A DNA stretch of 64,000 bases from Leucoraja erinacea. Its lineage: Eukaryota. The notes under the pieces were generated by a model. The model did not search any database and was not told the DNA's origin. It worked only from the letters and a program-made list of their open reading frames with translations. The position numbers and the translations under genes were made by a program. Where the stretch lies: NCBI RefSeq assembly GCF_028641065.1, contig NC_073393.1, forward strand, positions 19,964,001 through 20,028,000, in the 5' to 3' direction. Shown here one piece after another: positions 23,101 to 36,329 of the stretch (positions are counted from its first letter, which is position 1; each line of letters opens with the position of its first letter).

Positions 23101-26100
23101 GAAGCTTAGTTCCTTTAAAGATAAAGTTCCTCATGATAGGTTGATCCAAAAATATCAAGATATACAGGATCCACTGTAATTTGGTGATATTAATTCAGAA
23201 CTGGCTTCTTCAGAGCGACAGAGGTTTGTCGAAGGAAGATCTGCCTGAAGGTCTGTGATCAGTGGAATTCCACAGGAACCTCTGTTATTTGTGATATATA
23301 TAAATGACGTAGACATAAATCTAGATGGGTTGTTGAGTAGATTTGCTGAACAACAGAACAGGGGGAGTTGCAGACAGCGAGGAGGGTTGTCGGAAGATAC
23401 AGAGGGTTATTTATCATCGACAGAAGTGGGTGGAGAAATGGCAGCAGATGGAGCATGATGGAGTATAACACGAGCTGTCTGAGCTGTTTCACTTTAACAT
23501 AGAAAGTAGGTGCGAGAGTAGACCACCAGGTCCGTCGAGCCCGCACCGCCATTCGCTCATGGCTGAACACTAAACAGACACACTTACCCACAAACAGTAG
23601 CGACAAGACACAGAACACAAGACACTACCCTCCCCTTTATACCGCTATCACCCCTCTCCACCCCAAGAACCTCGTGATCTCCTGGGGGAGGCAAAAAACC
23701 GGATAAAAACCCAGGTCCAATTCGGGAAAAAAAATCCGGGAAATTCCTCTCCGACCCCAATCCAGGCGATCGACACTTGTCCAGGAGATCACTCAGGTCT
23801 TACTATACTAACCATACCTAGGTCCATATCCCTGCCCTCTCCCCGTAGCCCCTTATCCCCTTGGCAGCTAAAAAACCATCTATTTTAGTCTTAAATATAT
23901 TTAAAGTTTCTGCTTCCACTGCTCCCTGGGGCAGTGAATTCCATAAATTAACCACCCTCTGGGTGAAGAAGTTCTTCCTCATCTCAGTTTTAAAAGAGCC
24001 CCCCCTTATTCTGCAACTATGTCCCCTAGTTCTAGTTTCCCCGATCATTGGGAACATCCTCGGTGCATCCACCCGATCAAGGCCCCTCACGATCTTATAT
24101 GTTTCAATGAGAGCGCCTCTCATTCTTCTAAACTCCAAAGAGTAGAGTTCCAGCCTACTTAACCTTTCCTCATATGTCAATCCCCTCATTGCAGGAATTA
24201 ATCTTGTAAACCTTCGCTGCACTGCCTCCAGGGCTAGTACATCCTTTCTTAAGTATGGACCCCAGAACTGTACACAGTATTCCAAATGTGGTCTCACTAA
24301 TACTGTGTACAGCTGCAGCAAGACCTCCGTGTTTTTATACTCAATCCCCCTAGCAATAAAGGCCAAAACTCCATTGGCCTTCCTGATTGCTTGCTGCACC
24401 TGCATACTAACTTTCAGTGATTCATGTACTAATACCCCTAGATCCCTTTGCGTTGCATTACAACTCAGCTCCTCCTCATTTAGAAAATAACTTGCCCTTT
24501 CATTTTTTCTCCCAAAGTGAATGACTTCACATTTATTAGTATTAAATTTCATCTGCCAAGTTGTTGCCCACTCACCTAGCTTATCTATATCCTTTTGCAG
24601 ACTCTTCCTATCCTCCTCATCCCCTACTTTTCCTCCCATTTTTGTATCGTCCGCAAATTTTGATATATTACACTTGGTTCCCTCCTCCAAATCATTTATA
24701 TAAATTGTGAACAACTGGGGTCCCAGCACCGACCCTTGCGGAACCCCGCTAGTTACCGGTTGCCATCCCGAGTATGAACCATTTATCCCCACTCTCTGCT
24801 TCCTATTTGTTAGCCAATCCTCTACCCATGCTAATATATTACCCCCAATCCCATAATTTTTTATTTTTAGCAATAGTCTCTTATGTGGCACCTTGTCAAA
24901 AGCCTTTTGGAAGTCCAAGTATACCACATCCACCGGTTCTCCTTTATCCACCCGGGTTGTTACTTCCTCAAAGAATTCGAGCAGATTCGTTAAACAGGAC
25001 TTCCCCTTCACAAAACCATGCTGGTTCTGTCCGATGAAGTCATGTTTATCCAAGTGCCCCGTTAGTGTTTCCTTAATAATTGTCTCTAACATTTTACCCA
25101 CCACCGATGTTAGACTAACTGGTCTATAGTTACCCGCCTTCTGTTTACTTCCTTTTTTAAATATAGGTGTTACATTGGCCATTTTCCAATCCACTGGGAC
25201 CGTTCCTGCCTCCAGGGAGTTTTGGAAAATTATCACCAATGCATCCACAATCCCCACCGCTATCTCCCTCAAGACCATTGGATGTAATCCATCAGGCCCA
25301 GGGGATTTATCCTCCTTCAGTCTCATTAATTTCCCTAATACCACCTCCTTGGTGATCTTAATAGTATTTAGCTCCTCCATTCCTACCGCCCCCTGTTTAT
25401 CCAGCGTTGGAATATTTTTTGTGTCTTCTATGGTGAAGACTGATACAAAATACTCGTTTAATGCCTTTGCCATTTCCATGTTCCCCACCAACAACTCTCC
25501 AGTCTCACCCTCCAATGGACCAACGTTCACCTTAGCCACCCTTTTTCTTTTTATATAGCTATAAAAACTCTTACTATTAGTTTTTATGTTGTTCGCTAAA
25601 TTCCTTTCATAGTCTATTTTCCCCGTCTTAATTCATCTCTTAGTTATTTTTTGCTGACCTCTAAATGCTTCCCAATCCCTTACCCTCCCACTATCTCTGG
25701 CTACCTTATATGCCCTTGCCTTCAGCCGAATACTATCCTTTATAGTTTTACTGAGCCATGGCTGACTGTTCTTACCCTTACCCCTTTTTTTCTTCATAGG
25801 AATAAATTTTTCTTGAAGGTTATACAGTATACCCTTAAACGTACACCACTGCTCATGTACCGTCTTATTCTTGAGTCTGCTATCCCAGTCAACTTTGATC
25901 AGCTCAGTCCTCATACCTTCATAATCCCCCTTATTTAGACTAAGCACCCTAGCCTGAGTTTCAACCTGCTCCCCTTCTATTTGAATATGGAATTCGACCA
26001 TATTGTGGTCACTTGTTCCCAACGAGTCCCTAACTATGACATTTTTAATTAATCCTGCTTCATTACACAGGAACAGATCCAAGATTGCCTCCCCCCTTGT

Positions 26101-28125
26101 CGGTTCTGTGACATACTGTTCTAGGAACCCGTCTCTAATACATTCTATAAACTCTTCCTCTAGTCTACCCTGCCCAGTTTGGTTTGCCCAATTAATATGA
26201 AAATTGAAGTCCCCCATGATTACAGTAGTTCCCTTTTTACATGCGTCAACTATTTGCAGATTTATGTTCTGACTAACAGCGTCACAGCTATTTGGAGGTC
26301 TATAAATTACACCCACTAGTGTTTTTTTCCCCTTATTATTCTCTATCTGTACCCAAGTTGTTTCACTATCCTGATCCTTCAACGCAATATCCTTCCTCTC
26401 TATTGCCGTTATTCCCTCTCTTATTAAAAGGGCCACCCCTCCTCCCTTTCTTTCCTGTCTATCTTTCCTAATTGTCGAGTACCCCTCTATATTTAACTCC
26501 CAGTCCTGATCCCCTTGCAGCCATGTCTCCGTAATGGCCACGATATCATAACTATATATACTTAATTGCACCGTTAATTCATTTATCTTATTACGAATAC
26601 TCCGTGCATTGAGATAAAGCACTTTCAGATGATTTTTACTACCCTTCCTTTCCGGTTTTGCCCCTTTTACATCTAAAGCTTTATCTTCACACATTCTGTC
26701 TCCTGTCACATTTTGACTTTCCGCTTCCCCACTGATACCCTGCTCTATTTCCTCTACCCCTGCCGTTATTACCCCCCTTGATACCTCCCCCCCGTTACTT
26801 AGTTTAAAGACCTCTCTACTGCCCTAGTTATATGATTTGCCAGGACCCCAGTCCCAGCACCGTTCAGGTGAAGTCCGTCCTTACAGAACAGATCCCCCCT
26901 GTCCCAGTTTAGGATGGCGCATGTAAGGATAACCTCAAAATGCTAAAGTGAATTGATGTGCAGGGAGGTCACAGAGTCCAAGTTATAGCTCACTGAAGAC
27001 TGCAGCACGAAGAGATAGGCTGGTAAAGATGGCGTATCATATGGTTACCTTCATTGCTACGGCCGTGATTATAAAAATCAAGAAACCATGATACAACTCT
27101 ATAAGACTATGGTTAAGCCCCATTTGGAGTTTTCCGTGCGGTTCTCGAAGCCTCATAACAGAACGCATTTGGGGAAGGTGCAGAAGAGGTTTACCAGATG
27201 CGCTTGGATTAGAGAGGCGCAAGTGACCGAAGGGGTTGTATAAACTTGGATAGTTTTTTTTCTGGCAATTCGGTGCTTAAGGGCAGAATTGATAGAATGA
27301 AGCATAGATGGGGTAGACCGGCAGAACCTTTTCCACATAATAGAAATGTCCAATGCTAGAGGGCATAGCTATAAGGTGTGTGGAAGAATGTTTGATGGAG
27401 GTCGACACGACAATGGCGTTTAAGAGGCATTTAGATGGACATCTGCAGAAGGAAAGGGATATGGATCATGTACAGATAGATGAGATCGGTTTAACATGGC
27501 ATCGTGTTCAACACAAACATTTTGGACTGAAGGGCGCGTTCAGATGCTGTCCTATGTTCCATATTATGTACTGTTATCATTTTTTGATCTGTTCAGTTGC
27601 GACTATTTTCCCCACAGTCGATTGGACTCTGGAAATTGGTCTTCATGCAATAAGTCACTCGAGACAAAACGTAAAATAATTGTCCCTCGTTTATTCTTGC
27701 CAGTGCATTCCACGAGAAGGCTTCATCTGTATTATAACTAATCCTAAAATGTTCATGAGTTTCCAGGAAGAAGGTGAGAACGTTAGCCATAATCCGATGT
27801 ACGCCCATTTGGATTTTGTCCGCTCCAAAGAATATGAGAAACCTGAAGAGCACGCGAAGAGCCCAGTGTATGCAAAGGTACAGTTCGTTTCACGCTTTTA
27901 CTCTACACATCTGAGAATACAGATACGTGTTGTTACTTGGAGAGATTTGTCGTTTTCTTGTCCAATTAACCTATAGCAAACATTTGTGCGCAGATCGCAA
28001 TTATGGCTGCTGCTGATACCCAACTGGCGTACGCATCCTTGAACACGTCAAGCTCCAAAAATAATTTGAAACGGCAACATAAAGAAATAAGTGTAATATA
28101 TAGCGGGGTGAAAAATAACAACTAA
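17076..28125 (+). CDS. IgSF receptor copy B, complete: leader-V(J)-C1-TM-ITIM tail, 353 aa; SIRP-like/VJ-C1 inhibitory receptor
   Basis: Exons 17076-17130, 17423-17734, 18655-18960, 21624-21725, 22477-22520, 27767-27877, 27994-28125 give a 1062-nt open frame with GT-AG boundaries throughout. Confidence 0.88.
17423..17734 (+). CDS. Copy B V-set Ig domain exon with J-like G strand
   Basis: ttgacag|CT...TATG|gtgagt; B-strand FTC, C-strand VFWWK, LNVTVSDAGTYHC, G strand GTGTGEQLIVY. Confidence 0.9.
17759..17939. mobile_element. Palindromic Penelope-like terminal-repeat insertion (181 bp)
   Basis: ~70-bp inverted arms centred at 17832; 14-bp TSD GGTACTTTAGTTGC (17745-17758 / 17940-17953); empty site in copy C at ~45892. 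Arms resemble the PLE terminus at 57390-57480. Confidence 0.85.
18655..18960 (+). CDS. Copy B C1 exon
   Basis: Near-identical to 179-484 with the same splice sites. Confidence 0.9.
21624..21725 (+). CDS. Copy B TM exon
   Basis: AVEGLSASLIAGSIGGAVLILMFIVIVVMTIIYR. Confidence 0.85.
22477..22520 (+). CDS. Copy B cytoplasmic exon 1
   Basis: GAKKRTVNTNRTQSW, gagcag| and |gtaagg. Confidence 0.75.
23497..26907 (-). mobile_element. Young CR1 LINE (end of ORF1 plus full ORF2 with one in-frame stop) in copy B intron 5
   Basis: APE endonuclease ORF 25633-26709 and RT ORF 23818-25539 (FADD) in the same frame; ORF1 esterase end DGLHLN near 26860-26880; TSD TTTA; empty site in copy A at ~4977. Confidence 0.92.
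27767..27877 (+). CDS. Copy B cytoplasmic exon 2
   Basis: EEGENVSHNPMYAHLDFVRSKEYEKPEEHAKSPVYAK. Confidence 0.8.
27994..28125 (+). CDS. Copy B terminal cytoplasmic exon (two ITIMs)
   Basis: IAIMAAADTQLAYASL...EISVIYSGVKNNN*. Confidence 0.8.
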   Translation: MAIMAAADTQLAYASLNTSSSKNNLKRQHKEISVIYSGVKNNN

Positions 28126-28618
28126 ATTCGTCGGGCTATATGGCAGCGAATCGAAAAATGTCAGTTACTCTAGAAATGATTTATTCGCTAATTTGATTAT
28201 AATCGTAATATCATTGTGTCATACAATATGGAAACAGACCCTTGGGACAAACTTCATGCAGTCCAATATGCCCCAATAATCACACCTACCCGCTTTTGAC
28301 CCATATCCCTCTAAACGTTTCCTATCTATGTACCCAAATATCCAGTACATGCTGTTATAGTATCTGACACAACTCGTTGCAGACACCCGCTATGTGAAAG
28401 CAGTGCCCGTCAGTTTTTTTTTAAATTAAATTTCTCTTCTCTCACCTTCAACATGTGTCCTTAACTTTTTCATTCCCGTACTTTGGGCAAAATACTTTGT
28501 GCATTCGGCCTATCTATTCCCAAAATGTAATTCTTAACTTTCATTGCCGTAGGCCTTTTTGTGTACTGTGAAGTTATAATAAGCACGTTTCCTCATATAA
28601 TAAGCACGTTTCCTTTTT

Positions 28619-29456
28619 CCGGTAGGCGGCGCGGCTCTGGCCAGCAGCGGCCTCTGCAGCCTGTCCGCGTTTTTATTATTTTTGTCTGTGTTTTTATGTA
28701 GTGTTTGTTATTTTATGTTGGGGTGTGTGTGTGAAACTTTTTGAAACTTTTTGAATCTCTCCCTGCACTGAGACCCGACCTTTTCTCGTCGGGTCTCAGT
28801 CGTCGTTGAGGCCGTAACGAGGAGCGGCCTCCAACAGGAAGAGACCGGGGACTCAGGTGTCGACTCACCTCACCGTCGCGGAGCTGGCCGAGTCCGGAGC
28901 GGTGGAGGAGCGCTGCTGCTGCTGCTGCTGCTGCTGTTGCTGCTGCCGGAGAGTCGGAGGCTCTCTACAGGTCTGTGGACGACGGCGCCGAGCCCACGGC
29001 TCCCTGGGGGGAGACCGCTTTTCGGGGCTTCTGCGGCGGCGACTTCTCCCGCCCGAGTTGCGGGGTCGAAGAGCTCCTGGAGCGGGGCCTACATCACTGC
29101 CCCGCGCGGCTGGAATGGCCGCGGGACTCTGCGAGCGCACACCGGGGGCTCCAACATCAAGACCCGGTGTGCGACCTCGCACCACCCGGCGTGGCTTTAA
29201 TGGCCGCGGGACAATCGCCATCGCCAGCCGGGGGCTATGACTTTGACTCTGACATCGGGGGGGGGGAGAGTGCAGTGGAGAGATACGTTTATTTGGCCTC
29301 CATCACAGTTATGTGATGGATGTTTATGTTAAATGTAATTATGTTGTGTCTGGGGTCTATTTGTGTGTTATGTATGGCTGCAGAAACGGCATTTCGTTTG
29401 GGACCTCCAGGGGTCCAAATGACAAATAAATTGATTCTGATTCTGATTCTGATTCT
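28619..29456 (+). mobile_element. GC-rich non-coding retroposon-like element with (TTCTGA)n tail
   Basis: Starts CCGGTAGGCGGCGCG, ends AATAAA plus tandem tail; absent at the paralogous site in copy A (~6735); same family as 33407-34321. Confidence 0.75.
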
Positions 29457-29739
29457 GAGGGGGCTCACACAGCGTGGCTAACTTATAATTGGTCTAAGAC
29501 CATCTCTTTGTTATTAAAATTCCATTATTCCTCATTAATTATGTTTACGTTCGAATGCGTGAGTCGGCATTCCGAATTAATTTTTTTCCTTTATTAAGCT
29601 TGCTGCAGGTGGTTATCAATTGATTATTTTCTTTCATACCAAATAATTATTTCAAGATTCCGATTAGTGAATATTAGTGAATTCGATATTTTATGCATCC
29701 ATAATCCTTCAATCGCATGACTTGTGGTTTTCAAATGTT

Positions 29740-29755
29740 GATAATAATGATGATC

Positions 29756-29796
<41 letters not shown>

Positions 29797-32700
29797 CTTT
29801 ATTACAGACTCAAGGTCCAGACAAGGGGCAACATTACATAAAAAATGCATTGCATATTAAATATCATAAAATACATATAAAATCTTAGTATATCACTTAT
29901 AAAAACATCATAATTTATATATATTTTAAAACAAAATACATGTGAAAAATCCAGATTAAAAGAATGATCAATGTCCTACAACGAGACCTGTGTCTCCACA
30001 GCTGGGATCCGTAGCGTGTAGTGCTGACCCTTATGTTTGACAAGGCCACAAGAAGCACATTTTTAGAGTCATTTATCCTGCAAATGAATTTATACATGTG
30101 ATGTCTTAGGGTAGCTTCTAAAGTACTCACTCCTACAGCCACAAACATATTACTGGCACTACACCGTCTAGGTTGCCTTAGCAGTGTTCTCATGGCATCG
30201 TTATATGCCACCTTTAGTCTCTGCATACTTGTCTTTCCATAGTTTGACCACAGGTGCGCAGCGTAGAGTGGTATGCAGTATGCTCTAAATAGCGACATCT
30301 TCACCTCATCTGCACACGCACCAAATTTATGCAAGAGAATATTCGCCTGCACATACGGCATGCGTCGTTGCCTATAAATATCCTCATCATCTGTCATTTG
30401 TTCTGTACTAATATGCCCTAGATATTTTACCTTATTACAGACACTAAGATTATTGTCAGACAATTTAAAATCAGGATATTTTAGGCATTTATAACCATAT
30501 GACCATATAACAATTAGAGCATGGAAACAGGCCATCTCGACCCTTCTGGTCCGTGCCGAACACGTATTCTCCCCTAGTCCCATGTACCTGCGTTCAGACC
30601 ATAACCCTCCATTCCTTTCCCGTCCATATAACTATCCAATTTATTTTTAAATTATAAAAACGAACCTGCCTCCACCACCTTCACTGGAAGCTCATTCCAC
30701 ACAGCCACCACTCTCTGAGTAAAGAAGTTCCCCCTCATGTTACCCCTAAACTTCTGTCCCTTAATTCTCAAGTCATGTCCCCTTGTTTGAATCTTTCCTA
30801 CTCTCAGTGGGAAAAGCTTATCGACGTCAACTCTGTCTATCCCTCTCATCATTTTAAAGACCTCTATCAAGTCCCCCCTTAACCTCCTGCGCTCCAAAGA
30901 ATAAAGCCACAACTAGATCCCTCTGTTCACCTGCATGCTTCAATTCCCTACCATTTACCATGTACGTCCTATTTTGATTTGTCCTGCCAAGATGTAGCAC
31001 CTCACACTTATCAGCATTAAACTCCATCTGCCATCTTTCAGCCCACTCTTCCAACTGGCATAAATCTCTCTGTAGACTTAGAAAATCAACTTCATTATCT
31101 ACAACCCCACCTATCTTAGTATCATCTGCATACTTACTAATCCAATTTACCACATCATCATCCAGATCATTGATGTACATGACAAACAACAGTGGACTCA
31201 AAACAGATCCCTGTGGTACCCCACTAGTCACTGGCCTCCAACCTGACAAACAACCATCCACCATTACTCTCTGGCATCTCCCATTCAGCCACTGTTGAAT
31301 CCATCTTGCTACTCCACCATTAATAACCAACCATTGAACCTTTTTTAACCTCATTTATCCTCTTTGGTTCTACAGACCATAACAGCACTCTTACTAGCAT
31401 TATTTTTAATGTCATGTTCCACACCATACACAGAACATATAGTAAGGAGCTGCTGGAGACCAGCGCTAGATGGACTAAAGACCACAAGATCATCTGCATA
31501 CATAATATGGTTCACTAAAATATTACCAATCACGCACCCAGTGTTACAGGCTTTCAATTGTTTAGACAGATCATCAATATATAGATTAAAAAGGACTGGG
31601 GACAAAATTCCTCCTTGTCTAACACCATTGCTAACCCCAAATGGGGCTGAGACCCTATTGCCCCATTTTATTTGCATAGTCTGGTGGGAATACCAGTAGG
31701 CCAGAATTCTAACAATGTATTCAGGCACCCCTCTTTGACTCATTTTACCAAACAGCTTTCTGTGATTAACACGGTCAAAGGCTTTGGAAGCATCAATAAA
31801 GCACATAAGGATTGAAGAGTTTTTGCCTCTATATTTGTTTACAATCTCCTTTAGGGCATATATGCATAAGTCAGTGCCATGTTTAGCTTTAAAGCCAAAC
31901 TGGTTATCTGTGAGGTTAACAAACTCGTTTATTCTATCTAGCAGAACTCTTTCTAAAACTTTTGACAATATGCTGGCTAAAGCTATGGGCCTGTAATTAT
32001 TTAGGTTACCTACTTTACCAGCTATGTCCTTAATGACCGGCACTAACAGGACAGACAACATTAAGTCTGGTAACAAGCCATGAATCATAAAGCCAGTAAA
32101 ACAAATAACTAGGAGAGGAGCTATCCTCATACTCGCATACTTAAGATGTTCAGCAGAGATATGATCCAAGCCACTTGCTTTGTTGTTGGACAGCTTGTTC
32201 ATGGCATGATACACCTCATGTGACATAATCACCATCGAGTCATTACTCTCAATATTGTCCACCCTACACAAGTCGCCTTGGACACAGTTGAATAAAGTGC
32301 TATAATGTTGTCGCCATAACTCCGCGATATTAGCTGTTCCGGAGATTCCATCTACAGTACATGGTAGAGATGTTTTGCAACTGCTAAGGGCTCTCACTTC
32401 CTTCCAAAAATCAGTATCATTGTTACTTAGCAGTTTCTTAGCCATGGAATCAGCCCTCATAGCTTGCTCATTTTTACAGATGAAGCGAACAGCATACTTA
32501 TACCTTGCATTAGTGAGCTTCTTGTGCTCAAACACAGGCCCCTGTCTGGGTCTACCTGCCATAGCCCATGATTTGGTGGCTTCAGTATGATACTCAGCTA
32601 CATACTTATTCCAGCCAGGTCTGATGTTATGTGTCTTATTTTTATGCTTGCAGTAGGGCTTACTGCCTACATATAAGGCGCTTACTATATCATTATACAT

Positions 32701-33406
32701 GGAGCAGATATCTCTCCTATGCTTCATATATTTACAATTAACATTACTACATATTATTGCATCTTTAGGTAGATGAATATTGCTTAAGGATTTATCTGTA
32801 TGGGCATAATAGGCTAGGATGTCTTCCTTTGTAAGCGTTGACCAGTCCAGTTTTTCTGTATTAGAGCTACTTCTATCTCTGGATACCACAGGTATGTGTT
32901 CAACATTTATTGTCATAGCAACAGGTATATGATCAGTCATTGCTGCCCCGTACAGCATGCTCATACACCCCAATGAGGCATGTGCATCAGCTGTACTAAT
33001 ACAGTGGTCCAGCCATGATGTGGTGTGCCAGGCCTCACTAATATAAGTCTAGCTATCTGTAGGTAAAAGCACTTTGCTTGACAATATTATTATCTTGACA
33101 GAACGGAGCCATATGATTGGCAAATAATGAGTTCCTACCTGAGATATCTGCATTCATATCCCCAATGACATATACACTACAATAATTATTATTTTGAATG
33201 AAAGAATAGATGAAAGCAAGTCTATTTAAATATTCATCCTCATTCTGATGGCATTCATAGGGTGTATATACGTTAAGGATAACAAAGTCCTTGTCGTTGT
33301 GAGTAAAGTGCATGGCAATGCACCAGTCAACATCAAGCCAAATCAATTTACTGATGAGTCAAGCTTCTTGTTCCATAGAATAGCCACACCACCTGGTATC
33401 CTACCT
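29740..33406 (-). mobile_element. RTE-X-like LINE (EN remnant plus RT), split by a nested CR1
   Basis: ORFs 33053-33346 (EN: LNVY, IGDMNA), 31351-32973 (RT: NYRPIAL, GVRQGGILSP, YADD) and 29915-30490; (AAT)n tail; same insertion site as in copy A. Confidence 0.85.
30493..31351 (-). mobile_element. 5'-truncated, internally deleted CR1 nested in the RTE-X-like LINE
   Basis: GVPQGSVL..YINDLD..YADD; ACCATATA-type tail; TSD CATTTAT (30486-30492 / 31352-31358); same family as 52488-56239. Confidence 0.88.
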
Positions 33407-34137
33407 TTCAAGATTCAAGATTCAATTTAATTGTCTTTTGGACCCCTTGAGGTCCAAACGAAATGCCGTTTCTGCAGCCATACATTACAAACAAATAGAC
33501 CCAAGACACAACATAATTAACATTTTACATAAACATCCATCACATCGTTGTGGTGGAAGGCCAAAAAAACTTATCTCTCCACTGCACTCCCCCCCTCCCC
33601 CCCCCCCCCCCATGTCAGAGTGTCAAAATCAAAGCCCCCGGCTGGCGATGGCGATTGTCCCGCGGCCTTTAAAGCCACGCCGGGTGGTGCAAGGTCGCAC
33701 ACCGGGTTCTTGATGTTAGAGCCCCCGGCGTGCGCTCGCAGAGTCCCGCGGACATTCCAAGCCGCGCGGGGCGGTGATGTCAGGCCCCACTCCAGGAGCT
33801 CTTCGACCCCGCAACTCGGACGGGAGAAGTCGCCGTTGCGAGAGCCCTGAAAAGCGGTCTCCCTCATGTGACCCGCGGGCTCCCGGTGCCGCCGTCCGCC
33901 AGACCCGCAGTTGCAGCCTCCGAATCTCCGGAGGTCGGGCCGCAGCAGCAGAAGCGCCCCACCACCGCTCCACCCGCTCTGGACTCGGCCAGCTCCGCGA
34001 CGGTGAGGTAGTCGGCACCAGAGTCCCCGGTCTTCTCCTGTTGGAGGCCGCTCCTCGTTGCAGCCCAACGACGACACGGAGACCCGACAAGAAAAGGTCG
34101 GGTCTCCCGTGCAGGGAGAGATTTAAAAGTTACCCCC

Positions 34138-34174
<37 letters not shown>

Positions 34175-34321
34175 AACCCCCACCCCCCCCCCCCCCCCCC
34201 CACACACACACACAACCCCAACAAAAAATAACAAAAACTACATAGAAACATAGACAAAAAATAATGAAAACGCGGACGGGCTGCAGAGGCCGCTGCTGAC
34301 GAGAGTCGCGCCGCCTACCGG
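33407..34321 (-). mobile_element. GC-rich non-coding retroposon-like element (family of 28619-29456), inverted
   Basis: Reverse complement starts CCGGTAGGCGGCGCG; long shared blocks with 28619-29456; 7-bp repeat tail at 33407-33425. Confidence 0.75.
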
Positions 34322-34349
34322 TGAGTATTCCCATGGAAAGCCGGATTAG

Positions 34350-35950
34350 TGAGATTGCAGACGATTTAATTGGGTAATATTGTAGATAGCGAAAATAGTT
34401 ATCAAAGGTTGCAGCAGGATCTTGTTCAGTTGGGCAAGTAGGCTGATCAATGGTTAATGGGTTTAATGCAGATACGTGTGAGGTTTTGTATTTTGGGACG
34501 TCAAATGTGGGCAGGACCTGTATAGTAAACGGTAAAGCGCCAGAGAGTTTGTAGAGCAGAAGGGTCAAGGTGTGCTGGTACAGTACATGGTTCCTTGAGA
34601 GTGGTGTCACAGGTAGACAAAGTAGTTAAGAAGGCTTTCGGCACACAGGCCTTCATCAGTCAGGGTAATGAGTATAGAATTGAGGATGTTGTTACAGCTG
34701 TATCAGGAGCTGGAGAGCCATTCCCCACATGATAGTGGGGATATGAAATGAGGCTGAAACTACAACAACATTTAAAGGCCATTTGAACAGGACATGGATG
34801 GTTTTGGAGACCAAACGCCGATAGATGGTACTAATGCAGATGGGATACCGTGATCGGCATGATGCAATGCAGCCCCTCTGCCAACATATCTCTGTGTAAA
34901 GAGCTTGCCCCATATTTCAATATTAAACTTCCCCCACTCAGTTTATATCTATGCCCTCTAAAGTTGGACATACCGCATCCTAAGATAACATTTGTGACAG
35001 ACTACCCTATCTATGCCCGTCATATTTTAAATTTTTATTAATCTATTGTCCACTGAGCTTCTGACGTTCCAGAGAAAATAATACAGGTTTATCCAACCTC
35101 TCCTTGTAACTGAAACTCTCTAATCCAGGCAACGTTCTGGTAAACCTCCTCTGCATCCGCTCCAATGCATCCACGTAATTCCTGTAATGGGGCAACCGGA
35201 ACTGTATGTAATACTAAATGTAGCTAATCAATCCAAAGTAACAAATCACCATGTCTCCCACAAATTGAAATCTTCTCCATTAGCATTCAATTACTGAATT
35301 TCTGGAAAAGGTGGACTCTTCAGTCATCTGGGAATTCGATTGTGGCTTAAGTGGATACGAAAATCCTCATCAAAGGCATTGCCATCTCATCTCCTCCCTT
35401 GCCTCCCTCAATAAAAGTGGGCAGATTCCACCGGACCCTTGGAATTTATGCACCTTAAGGCTTTTAAATTGAACCAACACCTCTTTCTTGTTCTCAAAGT
35501 GCACCAGCATATTGTCACCTAATTCTAATTTACAATATCTCAGGTTATCCAATCATTCCTCGCCTATATAACGTCATTCCTCCTCCTTACTGGCGTATAC
35601 TGGTCCTAATTTCTGATCAGTTGGCCTTTAATCGACTCCACCATGTCCAATGTAAATGTACCCAACAACATCTGCTCACCATCTCCCCCAATATCTAGAT
35701 AGATCCTTATTCGCAGCTGTCTTAAAACGTATGGACTTATGATCAGGGATCCCAAAATACACTTCTACTAAAACATCAAGCTCATTTCCCAAAGCAAGGT
35801 GTAACATGGTCCGGCTTCGAGTTGCAATATCCACAGACTGTTTCATGAAACTACTTTGGACACACCTAACCAAGCTTTGCTCTTTTTAGATTTTTCACAT
35901 GAAGGAAGTCACAGTCAATAATGGGGTTTTGTCACCGATCCCAGAAACTT
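34350..35950. mobile_element. Decayed CR1 fragments in both orientations
   Basis: RT C-terminal remnants on + (34350-34870) and ORF2 remnants on - (e.g. LLREAREE, DHKSIRF). Boundaries approximate. Confidence 0.55.
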
Positions 35951-36329
35951 GATGTTTTTACATCTTTCTCTAATCTCCCCGCATATCTGTTTCTCTCTCA
36001 TTCACAGGCAATAGGGTGTAATCCCATTAGAGTTGTTACACCTCTCTTCATATTGTGTTCCACTCTTATTGCCTCAGTAAATGAGTATGTGAGTGCCGCT
36101 GACATTTTCCTGATTTGTAATGCAATTCCTGTATCTCTTGTACCCCAATCCCTATAATGTATGAAACATCAAAACTCACAAATGTTGAGTTAGCAGTCTA
36201 CGATCAAGTCAAGTCAAGTCAAGAGAGTTCATTGTCATGTGTCCCAGATAGGACAATGCAATTCTTGCTTGCTGCAGCACAACAGAATATTGAAAGCAAA
36301 AATACAGTACAGTTCAGTTCAATAGCTGT

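Noticed and set aside
17076-28125. Assigning a gene symbol (SIRPA, NCR3, NCR3LG1)
   Set aside because: The architecture overlaps each but matches none exactly. Orthology needs phylogeny and synteny.
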